From the NCBI GenBank assembly GCA_037445065.1, contig JBBILD010000006.1:164539-228538 (forward strand): 64,000 nucleotides of DNA, given 5' to 3'. The position numbers and the translations under genes were made by a program. Each line of letters begins with the position of its first letter. Position 1 is the stretch's first letter. The DNA comes from Myxococcales bacterium. GTDB lineage: Bacteria > Desulfobacterota > Binatia > HRBIN30. This document shows positions 57,432 through 64,000 of this stretch, piece after piece. Below the pieces are notes generated by a model. It had not been told where the DNA came from, made no database searches, and saw nothing but the letters and a program-made list of their open reading frames with translations.

Positions 57432-57612
57432 GTGTTCCTCAAGGTGGCACGCCGATGGACCGGGGGCAAGCGAGGGCGGAAGGAAAGCAAAGCCTTTCTT
57501 GGAGTTGCAAACCGAGCGGGCCGTTTTCGTCCCAATGCTGGGCAGCGAACCGGCAACGGTCGAGGGGCTCCGTACTTTCGCGTCGGGCACAGTAGTTGGA
57601 AGAGCTGCAGGT

Positions 57613-58065
57613 ATGCATCTGCGGGAAATCATGCGGACCGAAGTGGTCACGCTTTCCGAAACCGATCACCTCGACCTCGCGGACTCCATCATGCGCCTGG
57701 GCCGGATCCGCCACATTCCGGTGGTGGCTGGCGAACGGGTGGTCGGGATTGTCTCCCAACGCGACCTGTATCGTGCGGCTCTCTCCACGGCACTACACCT
57801 GCGGCCGGCGGCCGAACGAGAATGGCTGGCGAAGATTCCGATCCGGGAGGTCATGGTTCGGTCTGTTATCACCGCCACCCCAGATACCGGGGTGCGGGAA
57901 GCCGTCGAGCGCATGCTCGCGCACAAAATCGGCTGCTTGCCCATTGTCGAAGGTGGAAGGCTGGTGGGGTTGGTCAGCGAGACGGATTTTCTTCAGCTCC
58001 TGGTCCGTCTTTGGGATCTGGCGGAGGCCAGGCGCGGTCTCCCACCATTGACCGAAGCAGATTGA
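57613..58065 (+). CDS. Tandem CBS domain protein
   Basis: IRHIPVV..VGIVSQRDL and KIGCLPIV..LVGLVSETD. Confidence 0.9.
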   Translation: MHLREIMRTEVVTLSETDHLDLADSIMRLGRIRHIPVVAGERVVGIVSQRDLYRAALSTALHLRPAAEREWLAKIPIREVMVRSVITATPDTGVREAVERMLAHKIGCLPIVEGGRLVGLVSETDFLQLLVRLWDLAEARRGLPPLTEAD

Positions 58066-58115
58066 GGAGAATTTGCATTGCGCGGCATGGCGCCGATCCA
58101 TACGTTGCTCGTGAC

Positions 58116-59519
58116 ATGAAGGAAGACCGAAGCAAGACGCGGGGCAATATCTTGGTGGCCGAGGACGAACTCGCTGTGCGCGAGAGCCTGGCTGAGGTGT
58201 TGCGCGAAGAAGGCTACGAGGTCACCGCGGTGGCGGACGGTACCGAGGCGGTCCGGGCCCTCGAGGAGCGCGAATTCGACCTGGTCTTGTCGGATATCCG
58301 CATGCCTGGGGCTGACGGATTGGAGGTTTTACGTCGTACCCGCGAGATTGCACCGCAAACCTTGGTGTTGCTGATGACGGCGCACGCCACGGTGGAAACC
58401 GCAGTGGAGGCCATTCGCCGCGGCGCTCAGGATTACTTGCTGAAGCCGATCATTTTTGACGATCTTTTACACAAGATCGATCACCTGCTGAGGCACCGAC
58501 AAATCGCTTGGGAGAACCAAATCCTGCGCAGCCAGGTGGAGCGCCAGTGGGACTTCGAGAGCCTGGTGGGGCGCTCGGCTGCCATGCGCGAGGTGATGGA
58601 ACTCGTGCGGCGGGTGGCACCTACCCCCAGCACCGTATTGATTACTGGGGAGAGCGGGGTCGGCAAGGAAGTGGTGGCGCGTGCGATCCATCACTTTAGC
58701 GAGTACCGGGACCGGATTTTCTTGCCGGTGAACTGTGGCGCCATTCCGGAGACGTTGCTCGAAAGCCAACTGTTCGGCCACATGCGGGGTTCGTTTACGG
58801 GAGCGATCGCGAACCAAGAAGGGCTCTTTCAGCGTGCGCGCGGGGGGACGATTTTCTTGGATGAAATCGCCGATCTGCCCCTGTCCCTTCAGGTAAAACT
58901 CCTGCGCGCAATCGAAGCGAAGGAAATCTTGCCGATCGGGGCAACGACGCCGATCAAAGTCGAGGTACGGATTATCGCCGCCACCAATCGCGATCTTGCC
59001 AAGGCGGTGGAGCAGGGAACCTTTCGCGAGGACTTGTACTACCGGCTGAACGTGATCGGCATCGAAATCCCTCCCCTGCGAGAACGCCGCGAAGATATCC
59101 CCTTGCTCGTGGAGCACTTCATCCGGTTGCACAACCGCGAACTCAAACGGAACTACAAGGGTGTAGACAGCGCCACGATGAAGCTGCTCATGTCCCTTCC
59201 ATGGAAGGGCAACGTGCGCGAGCTGGATAACGTGATCGAGCACGCCATGATCCTCGGGTCAGGTGAGTGGATCACCGTTCGCGATCTTCCCCGTGCCTTG
59301 CAGCAGGATGCCGGGGCGGTGAGTGAGCTGCCCGACACCGACAATTTGCGCGAGGCGGTACGCGCCTTTGAAAAGGCGCATATCCAGTCCGTTCTCGCCA
59401 AGTGCAATCAGGACAAAAAGCAGGCAGCGCAGCGCCTGGGGGTCTCTCTCTCCTCCCTGTATCGGAAAATGGAGGAACTCGAGATCCCATTACAGGCCGA
59501 GCGCAACTCGCTCGGGTGA
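58116..59519 (+). CDS. NtrC-family sigma-54-dependent response regulator
   Basis: Receiver (AEDE, SDIRMP, KP), GESGVGKE, ESQLFGHMRGSFTGA, FLDEI, FREDLYYRL, WKGNVREL, Fis-type HTH. Confidence 0.93.
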   Translation: MKEDRSKTRGNILVAEDELAVRESLAEVLREEGYEVTAVADGTEAVRALEEREFDLVLSDIRMPGADGLEVLRRTREIAPQTLVLLMTAHATVETAVEAIRRGAQDYLLKPIIFDDLLHKIDHLLRHRQIAWENQILRSQVERQWDFESLVGRSAAMREVMELVRRVAPTPSTVLITGESGVGKEVVARAIHHFSEYRDRIFLPVNCGAIPETLLESQLFGHMRGSFTGAIANQEGLFQRARGGTIFLDEIADLPLSLQVKLLRAIEAKEILPIGATTPIKVEVRIIAATNRDLAKAVEQGTFREDLYYRLNVIGIEIPPLRERREDIPLLVEHFIRLHNRELKRNYKGVDSATMKLLMSLPWKGNVRELDNVIEHAMILGSGEWITVRDLPRALQQDAGAVSELPDTDNLREAVRAFEKAHIQSVLAKCNQDKKQAAQRLGVSLSSLYRKMEELEIPLQAERNSLG

Positions 59520-59619
59520 GGGAGTTGGCATTGGCCCCTGCCGACGTAGGGGACTTGCCGCGTGATGGTACCCGAAGCGCCTCTGGCTCTTTGTAGCGGA
59601 GGCGACTAGAAGGCGAGCG

Positions 59620-60882
59620 ATGTCCCGCGGTAAGTTGACCACCGAAATGGGGCTAGACGCGGAGGTGCGCCAGCGGCGGCTCGATTTCCTGGAACTTGGG
59701 GAGCGAGACGAAGCGTTGCTTGCCGAGCTACGCGAGTTCGGCCGCAAACACGTGGACAGCTTCGTCGAGGATTTTTACCGGCACCTGCTGCGTTTCGAGG
59801 GGGCACGAAAGTTTCTCGGCGGAGAGGAGCGGATTGCCCGGCTCAAGCGGACCCAGCGCGCTTACTTCCTGCGGATGTTGGGGGGCAACTTTGATCAGGA
59901 ATACTTCGAGAGCCGTTTGGCTGTTGGAGATGCTCACCAGCGCATCGACATGCCTCCGGAGTGGTACATTGGTGCCTTTGCGCTCTACCTGCGGCTGTTC
60001 ATTGACCGGCTATTTGCCGAGTTCGGTAACGATCCGCCCCACCTCGCTGCTTTGCTCAAGGCCGTCACCAAGGTGATTTTCCTGGACATGAGCTTGGCGA
60101 TCGATGCCTATATCGCCGGTGGATACGTGCAGCGCAGTCTGGCCGAACAGTTGCGCTCGGCCGCGGAAACCGCGCGCCGCGCGCTCGCAGAAAAGGCCGA
60201 GCTGGAACAATTCAAGTCCGAGTTGACCAACATGATCGTGCACGACCTCAAGGGTCCGATCGGTGGAATCTTGACCGTGACCCAACTCGCTCTGCGTAGG
60301 CCAGGGGCACCGGAAGAAGCGCACTTGCGCCGCTTCGAGCAAATCCAGCGCAGTGCGCGGGACCTCCTGCGAATGATCGAGAACTTGCTCGAAATCGATC
60401 AGATGGAGAGTGGACGGCTCGAGTTGCGCATGGAAGAGGTGGCGTTGGAGCCACTGCTCACTGAGTGCGCAGAGGAGTACCGGGCTGCGGCGGAAATGGC
60501 AGGCCAAACTCTCACCGTGGCCGTGGGACCTGATTTGCCGGTGCTCGTGACGGATCGCTGGCTGCTGCGGCGCATTTTGAACAATTTGGTGGTCAACGCG
60601 ATTCGGCACAGCGGGAGCAAGGGAGCGATCGAACTCGGGGCACGTTGGCCAGGACAAATGGTCGAAGTCTACGTGCGGGATTCGGGAAGGGGAATTCCCC
60701 TCGATCAGCAGCCGTTTTTGTTCGACAAGACCGGACATCGTTGCAACAAGACCAATCGGGAAGACACTGGTCTGGGGCTGGTGTTTTGTAAATTAGCGAG
60801 CGAACTGATGGGGGGCTCGATTCGGGTAGAGAGCGAGCCGGGCAAGGGGGCGACGTTCATTGTGAGCTTACCGGTGTCCTGA
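59620..60882 (+). CDS. Globin-coupled (protoglobin-type) sensor histidine kinase
   Basis: Sensor globin (VEDFYRHL, RLKRTQRAY, VGDAHQRI, PEWYIGAF), H-box HDLKGPI, NLVVNAIRH, DSGRGI, GLGLVFC. No TM helices. Confidence 0.88.
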   Translation: MSRGKLTTEMGLDAEVRQRRLDFLELGERDEALLAELREFGRKHVDSFVEDFYRHLLRFEGARKFLGGEERIARLKRTQRAYFLRMLGGNFDQEYFESRLAVGDAHQRIDMPPEWYIGAFALYLRLFIDRLFAEFGNDPPHLAALLKAVTKVIFLDMSLAIDAYIAGGYVQRSLAEQLRSAAETARRALAEKAELEQFKSELTNMIVHDLKGPIGGILTVTQLALRRPGAPEEAHLRRFEQIQRSARDLLRMIENLLEIDQMESGRLELRMEEVALEPLLTECAEEYRAAAEMAGQTLTVAVGPDLPVLVTDRWLLRRILNNLVVNAIRHSGSKGAIELGARWPGQMVEVYVRDSGRGIPLDQQPFLFDKTGHRCNKTNREDTGLGLVFCKLASELMGGSIRVESEPGKGATFIVSLPVS

Positions 60883-60910
60883 GAGGGAAGCTGTCCGCGG
60901 TCTCCGGGCT

Positions 60911-60950
60911 GCCGTCGAGCACCTCAGTGTCGATGAGCAAGCTCGACGGC
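60911..60950. repeat. 10-bp inverted repeat between convergent genes
   Basis: GCCGTCGAGC-N20-GCTCGACGGC. Confidence 0.4.
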
Positions 60951-61118
60951 TCTGGCCGCCCCTCCGCTTGTCAGGCGCTGCCTCCCTCGCGGAGAGTTCG
61001 GGGCTTTCTTGAAGGTGCGCAGCAATCTGGGAGCGGTTGTTGACTCGCGGGTGCTTACTCAGCTCGCCTGAGGGCATTACTCTTTAGCGGGCGCAGAAGG
61101 CTGATGAGGGAAACAGAC

Positions 61119-63353
61119 TCAGCAACCTTCCCCGGCGACGCACCGGCAGGATGTGCTGCTGCAATCCAGCGTAACGACGCGGGTGTCGGTGCGGTCCCAG
61201 CGAATGCCATCGGCGGCAATTTGGCCGGTGGCGAGTTGGAATGAGACTTCAACTTTGCTCGGATCCCGGCGGTCGAGCACCGTAAGATGGTCACAGCGTG
61301 CCCGGCGACCGTGGCTCACCATGGAAGAGCGATCGAGTGCTCGACAGTGCTCAGCGAGCCAGTTCTGAATGGCCTGTGCGAGTAAGGGCGGCATCGGCCC
61401 CAGCTCTTTGACTTCCTTGCTTGCGCGGGGCTGTGGTGGGGGAGCGACCGGTGGAGGCACGGCTGCGATGGCGGGAGTAGAGGGTGGGGCCGCTGGCGTT
61501 GGTTGCACGCGCACCTCTCGCTCGATTGCTCTCGCTGTCGCGGCGGCCCGGGCTGCCTGCTCCCTGCGCTCCTCCTCTTCCTCGGCTTTTTGCCGCGCGG
61601 TATCGAAAGCGCGCGTCGCCGCGGCAAAAGCTCCTGCAGCCGCCACCAAGTCGCCAGATTTTTGCGCCGCCTCGCCGCGTTGGTAGGAGTTTTGGCCTTC
61701 ACTCCACTCGGCCTCGGCAAGCCCCTCGGCTCCCGCTTGTTGGGCGCGCCGGCGCGCCTTGTTGGCCGCTTGGCGTTGGCCAGTGAGTTCTCGTTCCGCG
61801 ACGTTGCGAGCCGCACGGAAACGCTCGCGAGCCGCGTCTGCAAGGGCAATGGCGCGAGCTGGGTCCTGTTCCAAAGCTTCCCGAGCACTAGTTAGGAAGG
61901 CCTCCCCGCGTTCCACGCTAGCGGCTACTCCCGGAAACCCCTGGCGCAAGCTCAGTGCGGTCGCTCGTTCCGCCTCTGTGACCGCGAGGGCCTCCTCGGC
62001 GCTGCGGCGAACCTCAGCTTTAGCCCCTGCTTCCTGCAGGGCCGCCGCCACCTGCTGGCGGAGGTCTGCCACTTGCTGCTCGAGCCTGTTCAGGTCCGCT
62101 AGCGTGGCGTCTGCTCGCCGAATTGCGGCACGCATATCTTCCAGTCGCCCGAGCAATGTCGCAGAGTGCTCCGCGTCGAGGTGCTGCCGGATCTTCGGCA
62201 GTTCCTCGTCCAACTGCTGTTCGAGCGCCGTCGTCAGGCGCTCGCGGCGGTTGGCGCGTGCCGCCAAGAAAAACTCTTCTGCTTCCTTCAGTTGGTGAAT
62301 GGCCTCGGCGAAGCGAGCCAATGTCCAGAGCTGCTCGGCGCGCTGGCGAGCGTCGTGCGCGCGGGAGAACAGCGGCTCGCCGCCGGCCTCGAAAGCCAGC
62401 GCTTCTTTCTCAGCGTCCGCCACTCGCTTATGCAGGTTCTTCCAAGCTTCGTCCCTCGCGGCGCGGTACAAGCGCAGGCGGGAAGCGAAATCATTGGCCG
62501 GGCTGTGTTGCTCCGCCTTTTCCCATTCACGCGGAGCGAGGTTTGGGGCTGAGGCGGCTAATGCTTCGGCCCGCGCCACGTGCATTTCTTGGCTCGCAGG
62601 GGAGTTGAGGAAATAGGGGTATACGAGCAACGAACTCGCCACGACGAGGATTCCGAGCACGACCGCCAAGCCGAGAGCTAACTTGAGCCTGCTGGTAAGG
62701 GCTCGGGAGCGCCCGGAGGGCTCCGTCCGTTTCCGCGTCCCTGGTGCGGTGGAGAGCGTGTGCAGGGCTTCAGTGAATTGGCTGACCGTGGCGAAACGAT
62801 TCGCCGGAATGAGTCGCGTGGCCTGCTCGATCGTGCGGCGCAGTGCAGGTGGCACGTGGGCCAGCGCCAAGCGGCTATCGCGAGCCGGGGTGAAGGTCCA
62901 TTCGGGAGTTGGTTGGGAACCGGTAAGACGCTGTTGCACGTGAAAGGGTAAACAATGGTTTCCAGCCAGGGCCTCGTACAAGACCACGCCGAGCGAGTAC
63001 ACATCGGAACTCGCATCGGGTCGTTCCGGACCGGCGTGCAGTACCTCGGGCGGGCAGTATGCTGGCTGGATTTGGGCAGAAGGGGGGCCGAGCCGGTAGG
63101 TCGCCCCCTCGTCGGCGAGAAAAATATTGTCGGGACTGACCGCGCCGTGAGGGCATCGGCCGCGGGCGTGGTACGCTGCCAGTGCCTCTCCTACCTGAAT
63201 TCCCAAGTTCACGACCTCTTGCCAGTCGAGTTGGTGAGACTCGTGCAGGAGATGTCGCAGCGTCCGTTCGCCGAAAGCTTTGCGTACAGCCGGCGAGGGC
63301 TCAGCCCCATTTGCAACCGGCTGTGTAGGGGGATTGCCTGTCGGTAATGCCAT
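61119..63353 (-). CDS. Membrane-anchored Ser/Thr kinase-like protein (degenerate kinase domain), coiled-coil region and Cys-rich C-terminus
   Basis: HGAVSPDNIFL, AYCPPE, SDVYSLGVVLYEAL, PANRF; one TM helix; Ala/Glu/Arg-rich helical region. Confidence 0.8.
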   Translation of the reverse strand: MALPTGNPPTQPVANGAEPSPAVRKAFGERTLRHLLHESHQLDWQEVVNLGIQVGEALAAYHARGRCPHGAVSPDNIFLADEGATYRLGPPSAQIQPAYCPPEVLHAGPERPDASSDVYSLGVVLYEALAGNHCLPFHVQQRLTGSQPTPEWTFTPARDSRLALAHVPPALRRTIEQATRLIPANRFATVSQFTEALHTLSTAPGTRKRTEPSGRSRALTSRLKLALGLAVVLGILVVASSLLVYPYFLNSPASQEMHVARAEALAASAPNLAPREWEKAEQHSPANDFASRLRLYRAARDEAWKNLHKRVADAEKEALAFEAGGEPLFSRAHDARQRAEQLWTLARFAEAIHQLKEAEEFFLAARANRRERLTTALEQQLDEELPKIRQHLDAEHSATLLGRLEDMRAAIRRADATLADLNRLEQQVADLRQQVAAALQEAGAKAEVRRSAEEALAVTEAERATALSLRQGFPGVAASVERGEAFLTSAREALEQDPARAIALADAARERFRAARNVAERELTGQRQAANKARRRAQQAGAEGLAEAEWSEGQNSYQRGEAAQKSGDLVAAAGAFAAATRAFDTARQKAEEEEERREQAARAAATARAIEREVRVQPTPAAPPSTPAIAAVPPPVAPPPQPRASKEVKELGPMPPLLAQAIQNWLAEHCRALDRSSMVSHGRRARCDHLTVLDRRDPSKVEVSFQLATGQIAADGIRWDRTDTRVVTLDCSSTSCRCVAGEGC

Positions 63354-63581
63354 GGGCAAGAGGAAGCGCAGCTAGCGGGTTGCGTACCACAACGCAGAGC
63401 GCAAGCGGATTGAGCAATGGACTCCCCACTGTCAGAAATTTGCACATCCGGCAGGCTTTGCATGGTCGAGGTATTGACGACGCAAAATGGGGGTGCTGCG
63501 CAGAGCGCCGCCCGAGGACGGTGGTTTCCGTTGGAAGACGATGATGCCCGCGGGGAGTGACCGCTCGAGCAAGGAGGTGCC

Positions 63582-64000
63582 GTGACAGAAGTAGAGAATC
63601 ATGCAGGACTGTTGCGTGGGGTCCGGGTCGTCGAGTGCTCCCTGTTGGGACCCGCCGCTGTGGGAATGCATTTGGCGGATCTCGGCGCGGAGGTGATTAA
63701 GGTCGAAGGTCCGGGAGGAGACTACGTGCGACGCATGGCCTTTCCGATCGTGGACGGCGTCTCGCTGCTCCACTGGCACCTGAACCGCGGGAAGCGGAGC
63801 GTGGTGCTGGACCTACGCTCTCCTGAGGGCGTCGAAGTGTTTCTCGATCTGGTCAGCCAGGCCGACGTGGTGGTGGAAGCCATGCGTCCCGGGGCCTTGG
63901 CCCGCCGGGGCATCACGTTCGAGCGCATGTGTGCCGCAAACCCGCGGATCGTGTACTGCTCGGTATCAGGCTACGGCCTCACCGGACCGTATCGAGATCT
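63582..64000 (+). CDS. CaiB/BaiF family III CoA-transferase, 3'-truncated
   Basis: AAGGAGG RBS and GTG start; LRGVRVVE, LADLGAEVIKVE, NRGKRSVVLDL, ADVVVEAMRPG, SVSGYGLTGPY. Confidence 0.93.
   Translation, partial: MTEVENHAGLLRGVRVVECSLLGPAAVGMHLADLGAEVIKVEGPGGDYVRRMAFPIVDGVSLLHWHLNRGKRSVVLDLRSPEGVEVFLDLVSQADVVVEAMRPGALARRGITFERMCAANPRIVYCSVSGYGLTGPYRD

Noticed and set aside
57195..58115. N-terminal extensions of ORF-track calls (NtrC regulator, amrS, nrdJ, MMPL, TIGR04282-type transferase)
   Set aside because: They overlap other real genes; internal starts with RBS or stop-start overlaps fit the family N-termini.
59520..59580. Sigma-54 promoter before the globin kinase
   Set aside because: TTGGCA...CTGC has 11 rather than 10 nt between GG and GC, and the alternative GG-N10-GC lacks the TTGC element.

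Overview
A GC-rich bacterial chromosomal segment. The gene content and the Thr/Pro-rich secreted proteins with dockerin-like loops are reminiscent of Candidatus Binatia/Deltaproteobacteria-like organisms; this is an inference only. Both flanks carry housekeeping genes: cysK, larE, ispD, carD, tmRNA, opgGH, tatA, folK, dapL, tRNA-Ser(GCT), nrdJ, rnr and ispH. The accessory centre (~7-32 kb) holds an arsenosugar/metalloid cluster (arsS, DUF547, two glycosyltransferases, arsM, a Cys-loop PiT transporter, an AhpD-like protein, an FAD oxidoreductase-ECF sigma-ZAS anti-sigma operon, chrA). After a decayed dockerin/cohesin/Lgt operon come TVP38 and a MerA-like reductase. The main observation is one bipartite motif, GTAA(C/G)-N16/17-CGAC(C/G)A, found 40-91 nt upstream of five transcription units of this cluster, including the sigma operon itself. 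This suggests an ArsR-independent, ECF-controlled arsenic-transformation regulon, and its sigma operon begins with a G7-tract frameshift. Other items of note are a candidate structured ncRNA between tatA and folK, a secreted protein with three copies of an unnamed Cys-containing domain, an nrdJ-amrS-DUF72 operon, a globin-coupled histidine kinase, a pseudokinase, and a locally compensated frameshift in the RNase R S1 domain. All calls come from reading motifs by eye; no searches were run.
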